Notes: generated by a model not told the origin, from the sequence alone. A stretch of DNA of 64,000 nucleotides from Anaerotignum sp. (GCA_051877975.1 JBJEJK010000057.1); one strand, 5' to 3'; positions 27,495 to 39,588 are shown, numbered from the stretch's first letter. Translations and numbers: made by a program.

Positions 27495-28274
27495 TCATTT
27501 CGGTGTGGATGACTTTTTCTTTATGGCAGGGGCAGAATCAAAGGTATGATTCCTGCCCAGCATATAAGCCAGTTTGACAAGACCTTTTTCCTCTTCTGAA
27601 AGCTCTCGGTTTAATTTTTCTTCTACATACAGAAAAAGAGATTTCGTATTTGTCCGCAGGCGTTTTGGTTTTTTCGCCAGCATAGTCAGCGGTTGAAAGG
27701 TCTCTGGTCTGATCTTTTGGGGATGGGTGATGGCGAAGATTTTTGCGGTATAGACTGCATCATTGAGGGCATCATGAAAATTTTCTTCCTCAGGAATGCC
27801 CAATTCTGTCACGGCATTTTTCAGCCCGATGGCTTTTCCTTCTTCATGGTGCAGATATTCCGCCGCGAAGGGTTGAATATTCAAAAACTGATCTGTCATG
27901 GCTTCTCCATCCAGATTGTAGAAGTAGATATTGCGGTAAAGGGATTTGATATCATCCCCGCCCCAAGTGCAAAGGATGGCAGGTTCTTTTCCGATGAAGG
28001 CCAAAAATGCCTGATAAGCTTCGGCAAAGGTGGGCTTGTCCGCCAGTTGTTCCGGGTGGATGCCTGTGATTTTTTCCACAAAAGGATGCAGCCGCGGGTA
28101 GATTTGGGGGCGGATCATGTAGTTGAAGGTGCCCAGCTGTTGGAAATTTTCATTTAGCTTCACGGCGCCGATTTGGATGATTTCAAAGGGACATTCGGGG
28201 TTGGGTTCTACTTTTTTTCCTGTTTTGAAGGGAAAGGACTGGTTGAATTCCAAGTCCAGTACGATATAATTCAT
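27495..28274 (-). CDS. DEDDh 3'-5' exonuclease (KapD/ERI-1-like)
   Basis: YIVLDLEFN, EIIQIGAVK, ITGI, WG..D, HDALNDA; ATG at 28274 after GGAGG. Confidence 0.88.
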   Translation of the reverse strand: MNYIVLDLEFNQSFPFKTGKKVEPNPECPFEIIQIGAVKLNENFQQLGTFNYMIRPQIYPRLHPFVEKITGIHPEQLADKPTFAEAYQAFLAFIGKEPAILCTWGGDDIKSLYRNIYFYNLDGEAMTDQFLNIQPFAAEYLHHEEGKAIGLKNAVTELGIPEEENFHDALNDAVYTAKIFAITHPQKIRPETFQPLTMLAKKPKRLRTNTKSLFLYVEEKLNRELSEEEKGLVKLAYMLGRNHTFDSAPAIKKKSSTPK

Positions 28275-28465
28275 TTTGCGTACCTCCTGTTCTGTTTCAT
28301 AGTGTATCATGTTTTACAAGGGAAAGGAAGGGAAACTTGTATGTATCCGGTGCGTAAAGGGAAAAGCGGTGCAAAAGCTTTGGCAGAGGAAGTCCCTCTT
28401 GTGCATCCGAGGGGGGAATGATAAAATGATAGGCAAGAAGAAATGCGAAAGTGGGTGATAAAGAC

Positions 28466-28720
28466 ATGAAACTGACGTTTACAGAAGAACAGATCAAGCA
28501 AGAACTGAATAAAATCTATCTGGAGGAGGACGACCTTCTGATGGAAGGGGAATTTGTGACGGGCGAAGGAAAGCATTACATTATCACTGGCGTTGCTACC
28601 ATTGAAGGAGAACGCTACCATGAATTTGAGATTGAATTTGAACTGGCGGAAGAGCCGGCGGAGGAAACACTGGAATCCATCATGGAAACAGAGTGGGATT
28701 GGTATGATTTTCTTTGTTGA
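28466..28720 (+). CDS. Small acidic hypothetical protein
   Basis: Very acidic 84 aa ORF ending WDWYDFLC, GGGTGA RBS, co-oriented with the downstream ADH. Confidence 0.65.
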   Translation: MKLTFTEEQIKQELNKIYLEEDDLLMEGEFVTGEGKHYIITGVATIEGERYHEFEIEFELAEEPAEETLESIMETEWDWYDFLC

Positions 28721-28740
28721 TTGGAGAGGAGGAAACTAAG

Positions 28741-29841
28741 ATGGAGCAATTTCGGTTTTTTATGCCTGCGGATGCGTATTTTGGGCGGGGGTGTATTGCT
28801 GCCCATAAGGATGCAATGGCGAAGCTGGGGAAAAAGGCAATGGTCGTAACAGGGCGGACTTCTGCCAAGAAGAATGGCGCCCAGAAGGATATCACAGATG
28901 CTTTGGACAGTCTGGGGATCCAGTGGATTCTGTTCGATGAGATCGGCGAAAACCCTGATGTGGAGACAGTGGAAAAAGCGGCGGCTCTTGCTGTTCAGGA
29001 AAAAGTCGAATTTTTCATTGGCATCGGCGGCGGCTCTCCCATGGATGCATCGAAAGCCATTGCTGTGATGGCGGCACAACCGGAAAGAGGAACGGATGCC
29101 CTTTGGGATGCCAACAGCAAAGCATTGCCTATTGTGGCCGTGCCTACCACGGCGGGGACAGGTTCTGAAGTGACCCAGTATGCGATTGTAACCCTCCACG
29201 CAAAGCGAACGAAATCCAGTATCGCAGCTCATATTTTCGCAACAGTATCCTATCTTGACCCGAAATATATGGATACGCTGCCTGCGAAAACAACAAATAA
29301 TACGGCTGTGGATGCCCTGACCCATCTCATTGAAAGCTATCTTTCCGCTAAGGCAAACTATGTCAGCAGAAAGATCGTGGAAATGGGTCTGTCAATTTTT
29401 AAGGAGTGCATTCCTGATTTGAAAGCCAGAAACTATCCTGCGGAAACAAGAGATAAGCTGATGCTGATGTCTGCCTTAGGCGGTGCGGCGATTGCCCAGA
29501 CGATGACTTCTCTGCCCCATGGTATGGGATATTTCCTGACTTATGAAAAGGGATTGCCCCATGGTATGGCCAATGGCGTGCTGACCCAAGCCTATGTGGA
29601 ACAGTTTCCCGCGGGAGATGTACATGTGGCAAAGCTGCTGGAATGCTTGGGATTCAAAGACACCAAGGAATTAGGCGCATTTTTGGATGATGTGCTTGAT
29701 CATGAAGCAGCCTATACGGAAGAGGATATTAACTATTATACAGATCGTTTTATGGAACAGCCCGGGAAAATCGCAACCTTTCCTTATCCATTGACAAGGG
29801 AGGATGTTTATAATATGTACAAAAAATCCTTGATGAAATAA
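28741..29841 (+). CDS. Iron-containing alcohol dehydrogenase
   Basis: GGGSPMDASK, PTTAGTGSE, DALTH, two PHG His motifs. Confidence 0.9.
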   Translation: MEQFRFFMPADAYFGRGCIAAHKDAMAKLGKKAMVVTGRTSAKKNGAQKDITDALDSLGIQWILFDEIGENPDVETVEKAAALAVQEKVEFFIGIGGGSPMDASKAIAVMAAQPERGTDALWDANSKALPIVAVPTTAGTGSEVTQYAIVTLHAKRTKSSIAAHIFATVSYLDPKYMDTLPAKTTNNTAVDALTHLIESYLSAKANYVSRKIVEMGLSIFKECIPDLKARNYPAETRDKLMLMSALGGAAIAQTMTSLPHGMGYFLTYEKGLPHGMANGVLTQAYVEQFPAGDVHVAKLLECLGFKDTKELGAFLDDVLDHEAAYTEEDINYYTDRFMEQPGKIATFPYPLTREDVYNMYKKSLMK

Positions 29842-29910
29842 GTGAAAAGACTGGAAAGGCAACTTTCCGGTCTTTTTTCATATATTGAGGGAAAAAGGGG
29901 AGAAATGCCC

Positions 29911-30462
29911 ATGCCCAGAGTATATTTAAGTCCATCCTTACAGGAATATAATCCCTTTATCAATGGCGGTTCAGAGGAGGAGATCATGAACTTGATCACA
30001 GATGCTATGGAGCCCTATCTGACCGCATCCGGCATCGAATTTCTGCGGAATGAGCCGGAAATGACCCTCGGCGAAGCCATTGCCGATTCCAATGCAAATA
30101 ATGTAGATTTCCACCTTGCCATCCATTCCAATGCCTCTCCGGAATCCATTGCCGGCACCAGACAGGGACCGGTGGTTTATTATTACAGCACCAGCCCCTA
30201 TGGCAGAGAAATGGCAGAGTTGATTGCAGAACAAATGCGGCAGATTTATCCAGACCCCAGCAAGGTACAGGTTATGCCTACAACAACCCTGCGGGAACTG
30301 CGGCGGACCAATGCGCCTTCTGCTCTGGTGGAAGTAGCTTATCACGATAATTATCAGGATGCCAACTGGATCAAACAAAATATCCAGCCCATTGCACGGG
30401 CGCTCAGCAAATCCTTGGCGGAATATTTTGGGATTCCTTTTGTGGAACCGGAAACAACATAA
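29911..30462 (+). CDS. N-acetylmuramoyl-L-alanine amidase (Amidase_3), no signal peptide, probably sporulation-associated
   Basis: VYLSPS.Q, GSEE, HLAIHSNA, LVEVAYHDN; CATATATT motif upstream. Confidence 0.82.
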   Translation: MPRVYLSPSLQEYNPFINGGSEEEIMNLITDAMEPYLTASGIEFLRNEPEMTLGEAIADSNANNVDFHLAIHSNASPESIAGTRQGPVVYYYSTSPYGREMAELIAEQMRQIYPDPSKVQVMPTTTLRELRRTNAPSALVEVAYHDNYQDANWIKQNIQPIARALSKSLAEYFGIPFVEPETT

Positions 30463-30738
30463 AGCTTGCACAGGCGCGAAAACATCGCGCCATTTTTTTA
30501 TTATTAGAAAAATGGGAAAGAGTTAATTTTATTTTATACAAAAATCCAATGAGAAAAGGGAAATAGATTTAGCAGAATTTCCGAAACTAAAAATATTTGA
30601 AAATTTTTGCAGGAAATTTCGAATAATGGTCGAATAAAATTAAAAGTACAGATTGTGTATTCTCAATATACTGTATACATAAATAAGCCCCTGACGGACA
30701 GGCTCCGTTAAATTATATTTTAGGGAGGGAAACAAACT

Positions 30739-32817
30739 ATGAAAAATTATGCAGCAAACAGAGTTAGAAACGTAGTTCTTTTGGGACACAGTGGTTCTGG
30801 TAAAACAACTTACTCCGAAGCAGCACTGTATTACTCCGGTGCAACAAAACGTTTCGGTAAAGTGGAAGAAGGAAACACTGTATCTGACTATGAAGCAGAA
30901 GAAATCCGCCGTAAGGTGTCTATCAATACATCCGTAATTCCTGTTGAATGGCAGGATACAAAGATCAACTTCCTGGATACACCCGGTTATTTCGACTTCG
31001 CAGCGGAAGTAAAACTGGCAATGAACGTAGCGGATACAGGCCTGATTATGGTTTCCGCCAAATCCGGCGTTGAAGTTGGTACAGAAAAAGCATGGGAATA
31101 CTGTGAAGAAATGCACCTGCCCAGAATCATCTTCATCAACCAGATGGATGATGAAAATGCAGACTTTGAAAAAACATTGGCTGAACTGAGAAAAGACTTC
31201 GGGAAAGCTGTTGCGCCTCTGCAGATTCCCTTCGATGATGAAAACGGCAACTTTATTGGTTTTATCAATCTGATTAAGAGAGACGCAAGAAAGAAAGTAA
31301 ACGGCAAGCTGCAGAAATGCGAAATGCCTGAAGAAAAGAAGGATCAGGTAGAAGTTCTGCGTTCCATGCTGGTTGAAGTAGCGGCAGAAAGCAGCGAAGA
31401 ACTGATGGAAAAATTCTTCAACGATGAAGAACTGACAGAAGAAGAAATTTACGATGGTCTGCTGGCAGGTATCTCCAACCACAGCATTGCGCCTGTTATG
31501 TGCGGTTCTGCTACATTGGGCTATGGTGTTAAACTGCTGATGAACACTATCGTTCGTTTCACTCCTCCTGCTATCGAAGCAAGAGCAAACTTCCATGCTT
31601 TCCATGATGGCAAGGATGTTGTATTCTGCTCCACCGATGACGAAAGATTCTCCGCTTATGTATTCAAAACCATTGCTGACCCTTACATTGGCCGCCTGAA
31701 CCTGTTCCGTGTGATGACAGGGAAACTGGATACAACCATGAGCGTTTATAATGAAGAAAAGGATACTGTTGAAAAAGTTGGCCGTTTGTATGTAGTACGA
31801 GGCAAAGAGCAGATCGAAGTGGATGAACTTCACTCTGGCGATATTGGCGCATTGGCAAAACTGTCCAATACATCCACACAGGATACCCTGTCCCTGAAAG
31901 ATGCCAACATCATCATTCCTAAGATCGCACTGCCCGGTTCTGTTCTGTGCATGGCAATCCAGCCTAAAGGCAAGGGGGATGAAGATAAACTGTCCGCAGC
32001 TTTGTCGAAGATCAGAGAAGAAGATCCTACGATCAAAATGGAAGTTAACGCTGAAACAAAACAGACACTGGTTTATGGCGTTGGCGAACAGCAGCTGGAT
32101 GTTATGGTACAGAAACTGAAAAATAAATATAAGATTGAGGTTGAACTGAAAGATCCCATTATTCCTTACAGAGAAACCATCAAAGGCAAAGCCTCCGTTC
32201 GCGGCAGATACAAAAAACAGTCCGGCGGTCATGGTCAATTTGGTGATGTTGTAATGGAATTTGAACCCAGCTATGATACAACAACACCGTATATTTTTGA
32301 AGAAAAGATCTTCGGCGGTTCCGTTCCCAAGCAGTACTTCCCTGCGGTTGAAAAAGGCTTGCAGGAATGTGTACAGAGCGGTGTTTTGGCTGGCTACCCT
32401 GTAGTAGGCCTGAAAGCAACACTGACAGATGGTTCCTACCATCCCGTTGACTCCTCTGAAATGGCATTCAAGATGGCAACATCTGTTGCTTTCAAGGAAG
32501 GTATCCCTCAGGCAAACCCTGTTATCTTGGAACCCATCGAACATGTTGAAGTGCTGATTCCTGATAAATACATGGGCGATATCATGGGCGATATCACAAA
32601 ACGCCGCGGCCGCATCCTGAGCATGGATGCAGTTGGCATGAAGAAATGCATCGTTGCAGAAGTTCCTACAGCGGAAATGCACAAATATGCTACAGATCTG
32701 CGTTCTATGACCCAGAGCCGTGGGGAATACAGACATCGCTTTGAAAGATACGAAGAAGCTCCTATGGATGTGCAGAAACGTATCATCGAAGCTCGTGCAG
32801 CTGAAAAAGATAAATAA
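30739..32817 (+). CDS. fusA2: Elongation factor G paralog (EF-G II type)
   Basis: GHSGSGKTT, RKVSI switch I, DTPGYFDF, KKQSGGHGQFG, DGSYHPVDSSEMAF; not located in the str operon. Confidence 0.9.
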   Translation: MKNYAANRVRNVVLLGHSGSGKTTYSEAALYYSGATKRFGKVEEGNTVSDYEAEEIRRKVSINTSVIPVEWQDTKINFLDTPGYFDFAAEVKLAMNVADTGLIMVSAKSGVEVGTEKAWEYCEEMHLPRIIFINQMDDENADFEKTLAELRKDFGKAVAPLQIPFDDENGNFIGFINLIKRDARKKVNGKLQKCEMPEEKKDQVEVLRSMLVEVAAESSEELMEKFFNDEELTEEEIYDGLLAGISNHSIAPVMCGSATLGYGVKLLMNTIVRFTPPAIEARANFHAFHDGKDVVFCSTDDERFSAYVFKTIADPYIGRLNLFRVMTGKLDTTMSVYNEEKDTVEKVGRLYVVRGKEQIEVDELHSGDIGALAKLSNTSTQDTLSLKDANIIIPKIALPGSVLCMAIQPKGKGDEDKLSAALSKIREEDPTIKMEVNAETKQTLVYGVGEQQLDVMVQKLKNKYKIEVELKDPIIPYRETIKGKASVRGRYKKQSGGHGQFGDVVMEFEPSYDTTTPYIFEEKIFGGSVPKQYFPAVEKGLQECVQSGVLAGYPVVGLKATLTDGSYHPVDSSEMAFKMATSVAFKEGIPQANPVILEPIEHVEVLIPDKYMGDIMGDITKRRGRILSMDAVGMKKCIVAEVPTAEMHKYATDLRSMTQSRGEYRHRFERYEEAPMDVQKRIIEARAAEKDK

Positions 32818-32863
32818 TCTGTGGCATCTGCAACAGACAATCATAGGTTTCTATGATATAATG

Positions 32864-32901
32864 ACTGCGAGAGGTAAATTTTACCTTTCGCAGTTTTTTT
32901 T
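32864..32901 (+). terminator. Intrinsic terminator after fusA2
   Basis: ACTGCGAGAGGTAA-at-TTTACCTTTCGCAGT plus T-run. Confidence 0.8.
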
Positions 32902-32939
32902 GATGATTCATACTATTTTTGGATAAATTGATTGTAATT

Positions 32940-33010
32940 GCAAAAGCGTATGCTTTTGCGTATCGGGTTAAGAGGCCCTTACGGGTGGATTGAGGGCAGA
33001 GCCCTCAAGG
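32940..33010. repeat. Composite palindromic (REP-like) element, copy C
   Basis: 22 nt GCAAAAGCGTATGCTTTTGCGT identical to 4075-4096, followed by a degenerate AAG..CCCTT hairpin and TTGAGGGC-aga-GCCCTCAA. Confidence 0.7.
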
Positions 33011-33029
33011 TCTTAAAGGAGGAATCGTT

Positions 33030-33896
33030 ATGTTGGATGTTGCAATCATTGGCGGTGGCCCTGCGGCTCTGTCTGCCGCTGTGAACTGCCGCCAGCGGAA
33101 TAAATCTGTTTGTGTTTTTGGCAGAAGCTTGGATAGCTCTTTGCTGTTTGCGGCGGAAAAAGTGGATAATTATTTGGGCCTGCCGGATATCAGCGGGGAA
33201 GAAATGCTGAATCAGTTTTATACCCATGCAGTAAAGCAGGGGGTGGAATTCAAAGAAACCCGTATTAAGCAGATCCTTTCTATGGGCGATCGGTATATGA
33301 TTAATGCGGATAATCAGTTTATCGAGGCGAAGGCTGTGATTTTAGCCACTGGTTTGAGCAAAAGCAGGGGAATATCCGGTGAAATGGATTATCTTGGTAA
33401 GGGTGTCAGCTATTGTGCTACCTGTGATGGCATGCTTTATCGAAATAAAAAGGTTGTGGTCGTTGGTGAAAATGAGGAAGGCGAGGCAGAGGCCAATTTT
33501 CTGGCGGATATCTGCGAAAGTGTAACCTATATTCCATTATATCAGCCTGTTTTGCATCTGAAAGAAGCGGTACAGGTGAAAGAGGGCAGACCAAAGGCGG
33601 TTTTGGGGACAAATGGTAAAGTTTCTTCTTTAGAAATAGAGGGAGAAACACTGGAGTGTGATGGTATCTTTTTTGCAAAGAACAGTACACCTCCGGAAAG
33701 TCTGCTTTTTGGACTGGAAACAGATGGAAAAAATATTCTGGTAGACCGCAGTATGGCAACAAATCTGCCGGGTGTTTTTGCTGCTGGTGACTGCACCGGT
33801 GCCCCTTATCAAATCGCCAAAGCGGTTGGAGAAGGGCTGGTGGCAGCCCTTTCTGCTGTTAATTTTATTGATGAAAAAGCACGGGAAAAGGAATAA
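33030..33896 (+). CDS. Thioredoxin-reductase-like FAD disulfide oxidoreductase
   Basis: GGGPAAL FAD motif, GVSYCATCDG, GVFAAGDC; canonical NADPH motif absent. Confidence 0.88.
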   Translation: MLDVAIIGGGPAALSAAVNCRQRNKSVCVFGRSLDSSLLFAAEKVDNYLGLPDISGEEMLNQFYTHAVKQGVEFKETRIKQILSMGDRYMINADNQFIEAKAVILATGLSKSRGISGEMDYLGKGVSYCATCDGMLYRNKKVVVVGENEEGEAEANFLADICESVTYIPLYQPVLHLKEAVQVKEGRPKAVLGTNGKVSSLEIEGETLECDGIFFAKNSTPPESLLFGLETDGKNILVDRSMATNLPGVFAAGDCTGAPYQIAKAVGEGLVAALSAVNFIDEKAREKE

Positions 33897-34055
33897 TTGC
33901 ATAGAAAATAGAAAGAAAACTGCCAGTAAAGAAGCAAAATTGGCAGTTTTCTTTTGATTTATCAGATAAATTGTATAGAATTTTGGGAAAAATAAAAATG
34001 CAGTTGTTCATTTTTCTTTTACATTTGAATTTTATGTGAATTTTCAAAAAGGTAC

Positions 34056-34122
34056 TTGAATATAACTGGATATGATGTTAATATATGTATTGTAATTAGC
34101 ACTCGGGTGAAAGGAGTGCTAG
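34056..34122 (+). promoter_or_regulatory. SigA promoter plus CIRCE (HrcA operator)
   Basis: TTGAAT-17-TAATAT; TTAGCACTC-N9-GAGTGCTAG at 34096-34122. Confidence 0.9.
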
Positions 34123-34153
34123 CAAAAAGCGAAATCAAGGAGGTAGATTGAAC

Positions 34154-34441
34154 ATGAAACTTGCACCATTAGGAGATAAAGTCGTATTAAAACAGGTAGA
34201 AGCACAGGAGACCACAAAATCCGGTATCGTGCTGACTAGCCAGGCAAAGGAAAAACCGCAGGAAGCTATCGTAGTAGCCGTTGGCCCTGGCGGTATGGTA
34301 GGCGACACAAAGGTAGAAATGGTTGTAAAAGAAGGCGATCATGTACTCTATTCTAAATACGGCGCAATGGAAGTAAAATTTGACGGCGAAGAATATCTGA
34401 TCATGCGTCAGAATGATATTTTAGCTATTATTACAGAATAA
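34154..34441 (+). CDS. groES: Co-chaperonin GroES
   Basis: PLGDKV, TKSGIVL, AKEKPQ, YSKYG, DILAI. Start could alternatively be TTG at 34148. Confidence 0.96.
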   Translation: MKLAPLGDKVVLKQVEAQETTKSGIVLTSQAKEKPQEAIVVAVGPGGMVGDTKVEMVVKEGDHVLYSKYGAMEVKFDGEEYLIMRQNDILAIITE

Positions 34442-34450
34442 TAATTTTAG

Positions 34451-36091
<1,641 letters not shown>

Positions 36092-36130
36092 TATAGCGAT
36101 ATCGCGGAGAAAGCCTCCAAACAATAATCC

Positions 36131-36187
36131 AAACAACAAAAGCTCCATTTGTTCTATTTGTAGAAACAAATGGAGCTTTTGTTGTTT
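36131..36187 (+). terminator. Long hairpin terminator after groEL
   Basis: AAACAACAAAAGCTCCATTTGTT...AACAAATGGAGCTTTTGTTGTTT. Confidence 0.75.
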
Positions 36188-36689
36188 GGGAAGGCTTGCG
36201 GAGCAAACGAATGAGCATGCCGAAGGGAGCGAATAGTGGCATTCTCCTTCGAGAAACAGTTTTGCCATTTTGAGGATTTTAAAAGGAGCTTTGACGGAAC
36301 ACAGCTTTGTTATCATTCAAATTTATGCAGGGCAATAAATGAAAAACCAGATTGAATTTTTTATGCAAAAAGATGTTTTTTTCTTCTGCGAAAAATACCA
36401 GGGACAGTTTTTTTCTTATGCAAAAAATTCAAACAATTTATCAATATTCCAAAAAATTTCTATGATTTTCCATATTTTTGTGAGAAACGACACATTTGTC
36501 TTTGTATAGCGGACGATGACAAAAAAACTGAAAAAAATGTCTTTCCAGAAGGAACTTTTTTTGGGATTTCTATTGACTTTGTAGAATTTCATCATATATA
36601 ATTGTTGAGGTCGATGTTTAATCTTGTTTTAATGTTGAAAACTGTTTGAAATCGACGAAAAAAGAAAAAGTATTGAAGGAGGGATTTTT

Positions 36690-37352
36690 GTGTTACAGGT
36701 ATTTGATATCATTGGACCTATTATGATCGGTCCTTCCAGTTCACATACAGCGGGCGCTGTGCGTATCGGCAAATATGCCCGTTCTGTTCTTGGTACAACA
36801 CCCGTAAAGGCTGTGATTCGTTTCAGCGGTTCTTTCGCAAAAACATATAAGGGCCACGGAACAGATAAAGCAGTCATTGCAGGGATCCTTGGCATGGATA
36901 CAGACGATGCCCGTATCCGCAACAGCATGGAGATTGCAAAAGAAGAAGGCCTGGATTTCACATTTATTGAACAGGACATCGATGGCGCACATCCCAATAC
37001 CGCTGAGATCACATTAACGGATGCGAAAGGGAAGACTGCCTTGATTCAAGGCGCTTCTGTCGGCGGCGGCAACATCATCATCAATAAGATTAATGATACA
37101 GAGGTTTCCATCTCCGGTAAATCCGATACATTGGTTATCCCCCATGATGATATCCCCGGTATGATTGCCGTGGTAACAAATATCCTGGCGGATAAAGGCG
37201 TAAACGTTCACGGGTTCTCTCTGGGCAGAGACCATAAGGGCGGTACGGCTGTTATGACAATTGAAATTGACGGAAACTTTGATGAATCCATCAACGAAGC
37301 GATCTTGGCATGCCCCAATATTCATGCATCTACGATCCTGAAAGCAATTTAA
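36690..37352 (+). CDS. sdaAB: L-serine dehydratase, Fe-S dependent, beta subunit
   Basis: FDIIGPIMIGPSSSHTAGA, GHGTD.A, HPNT, C-terminal ACT domain. Confidence 0.95.
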   Translation: MLQVFDIIGPIMIGPSSSHTAGAVRIGKYARSVLGTTPVKAVIRFSGSFAKTYKGHGTDKAVIAGILGMDTDDARIRNSMEIAKEEGLDFTFIEQDIDGAHPNTAEITLTDAKGKTALIQGASVGGGNIIINKINDTEVSISGKSDTLVIPHDDIPGMIAVVTNILADKGVNVHGFSLGRDHKGGTAVMTIEIDGNFDESINEAILACPNIHASTILKAI

Positions 37353-37370
37353 GAAGGGGAGGTGGAAAAA

Positions 37371-38249
37371 ATGAAATACGACTCTTTGGCAGACCTGGTT
37401 GCAGCAGCAGAGGCAGAAAATATGACTCTGTCCGCTTTCATCCTGAAAGATCAGGCAGCCATCGCTGAAAAAACCGAAGAAGAACTTTTTAAAACTATGG
37501 AACATGCGCTGCAGGTAATGAAGGAATCCGTTGCGGATGGCCTTGACCCTGTAAAACGTTCTGCCAGCGGCCTGACAGGCGGCGATGCTTTTAAAATGAA
37601 TGAAGCAGTGAAAAATGGCAGAAATATCTGCGGGCCTTTCTTTGGCAAAGCAATGGTGAAAGCCCTTGCAGTATCCCAGACAAATGCCTGCATGGGCAGA
37701 ATCGTAGCATCCCCTACAGCAGGCAGCTGCGGTATTCTTCCTTCTGCTCTGCTGACCCTGGCGGAAGAAAGAAATATTCCTGATAAAGACTTGGTAATGG
37801 CTCTGTTCACGGCATCTGCAGTGGGCATTGTGATTGCAACCAATGCCAGCGTAGCTGGTGCGGCAGGCGGCTGTCAGGCCGAATGCGGTGCAGCCAGCGC
37901 GATGGCGGCAGCGGCAATGGTAGAACTGTGCGGCGGCACACCCAAACAGTGTGAACATGCCTGTGCGATTGCGCTGAAAAATATTTTGGGTCTGGTATGT
38001 GACCCTGTTGCAGGTCTGGTTGAGATTCCCTGCATTAAGAGAAACGCCGGCGGCGTAGGCAATGCCATGGTTGCGGCAGAATTGGCTCTGGCAGGCATTG
38101 AAAGCCATATCCCTGCGGATGAAGTTATCGTTGCGATGAAGAAGATTGGTGACACCATGTCTCCCGCACTGAAAGAAACAGCAGAAGGCGGCTTGGCCTG
38201 CACACCTACAGGCAAAAAACTTTGCGAAAAAGTATTTGGTTGTTGCTAA
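37371..38249 (+). CDS. sdaAA: L-serine dehydratase, Fe-S dependent, alpha subunit
   Basis: PTAGSCG, GGCQAECG, GLVCDPVAGLVEIPC, KETAEGGLA.TPT. Confidence 0.95.
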   Translation: MKYDSLADLVAAAEAENMTLSAFILKDQAAIAEKTEEELFKTMEHALQVMKESVADGLDPVKRSASGLTGGDAFKMNEAVKNGRNICGPFFGKAMVKALAVSQTNACMGRIVASPTAGSCGILPSALLTLAEERNIPDKDLVMALFTASAVGIVIATNASVAGAAGGCQAECGAASAMAAAAMVELCGGTPKQCEHACAIALKNILGLVCDPVAGLVEIPCIKRNAGGVGNAMVAAELALAGIESHIPADEVIVAMKKIGDTMSPALKETAEGGLACTPTGKKLCEKVFGCC

Positions 38250-38349
38250 GAGAAGCAAACCGGTATACTTTTCTATATTTTTCTTTTTCGTACAAACCGT
38301 AGAAAACAGCAATCATAAGAAATTTACAATTTAATAGGAGAAGGTAAAA

Positions 38350-39588
38350 ATGAATATTATTCAGAAATGGAATAGCATTTCCTTAGTAAAAAGAATCATT
38401 TGCGGCCTGATCATTGGTGCAATCCTGGGTCTGGCTGTTCCTCAGTTAACTGTAATCGGTATTCTGGGTACACTGTTCGTAGGCGCTCTGAAAGCAATTG
38501 CTCCCATCCTGGTATTTTTCCTGGTAATGGCAGCTCTGGCTTGCGGTCAGGAAGGCGGCGGCAGAACTATGGGTCGTGTAGTTGTACTGTATCTGGTTGG
38601 TACATTCGCAGCTGCTGTTGTTGCAGTTTTGGCTTGCCACTTCATCCCCATCGTACTGCCTCTGGGCAGCGGTGCTTCCACAGAAGGTTACACAGCAGCA
38701 GGCTCCGTTGGGGAAGTATTCTCCAACCTGCTGTCCAACATCGTATCCAACCCCATCGGTTCTATGGTAAACGCTAACTACCTGGGTATTCTGTTCTGGG
38801 CAGTCATCTTTGGTCTGGCTCTGAAAAAAGCCAGCGATACAACAAAGAAAGCGCTGAACGATTTCTCCGAAGCAGTTACATTTGCAGTTAGATCTGTAAT
38901 CTCCTGCGCTCCTTTCGGTATCCTGGGTCTGGTATTCTCCACAGTATCCGAAAATGGTCTGGGCATCTTCACAGAATATGGTAAAGTTCTGGCGGTTCTG
39001 GTTGGCTGCATGGCTTTCGTAGCTCTGGTTCTGAACCCCATCATTGTATTTACTCAGATCAAACAGAATCCTTATCCCCTGGTTGGGAAATGTCTGAAAG
39101 ATTCCTTCATCACAGCATTCTTTACAAGATCCTCCGCTGCTAACATCCCCGTTAACATGACTCTGTGTAAAGAACTGGGTCTGGATGAAGACAACTACTC
39201 CATCTCCATCCCTCTGGGTGCTACAATCAACATGGGTGGTGCTGCGATCACAATCACAGTTATGACTCTGGCTTGCGTAAATACACTGGGTATGGAAGTT
39301 CCTCTGGCAATGAAAGTTCTGCTGTCCTTCGTAGCAGCAATCTCCGCTTGCGGTGCTTCCGGTGTAGCTGGTGGTTCCCTGCTGCTGATCCCTCTGGCTT
39401 GCTCTCTGTTTGGTATTCCCAACGATGTAGCAATGCAGGTTGTAGGTATCGGTTTTATCATCGGTGTAATTCAGGACTCCTGTGAAACAGGTCTGAACTC
39501 TTCTACAGACGCTCTGTTCACAGCTGCTGCTGAATTCCATGATATGAAAGCTGCAGGCAAAGATATTTATGCTTGGAGAAAGAAATAA
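38350..39588 (+). CDS. sstT: Serine/threonine transporter SstT (DAACS family)
   Basis: [48 protein letters not shown]. Confidence 0.93.
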   Translation: MNIIQKWNSISLVKRIICGLIIGAILGLAVPQLTVIGILGTLFVGALKAIAPILVFFLVMAALACGQEGGGRTMGRVVVLYLVGTFAAAVVAVLACHFIPIVLPLGSGASTEGYTAAGSVGEVFSNLLSNIVSNPIGSMVNANYLGILFWAVIFGLALKKASDTTKKALNDFSEAVTFAVRSVISCAPFGILGLVFSTVSENGLGIFTEYGKVLAVLVGCMAFVALVLNPIIVFTQIKQNPYPLVGKCLKDSFITAFFTRSSAANIPVNMTLCKELGLDEDNYSISIPLGATINMGGAAITITVMTLACVNTLGMEVPLAMKVLLSFVAAISACGASGVAGGSLLLIPLACSLFGIPNDVAMQVVGIGFIIGVIQDSCETGLNSSTDALFTAAAEFHDMKAAGKDIYAWRKK

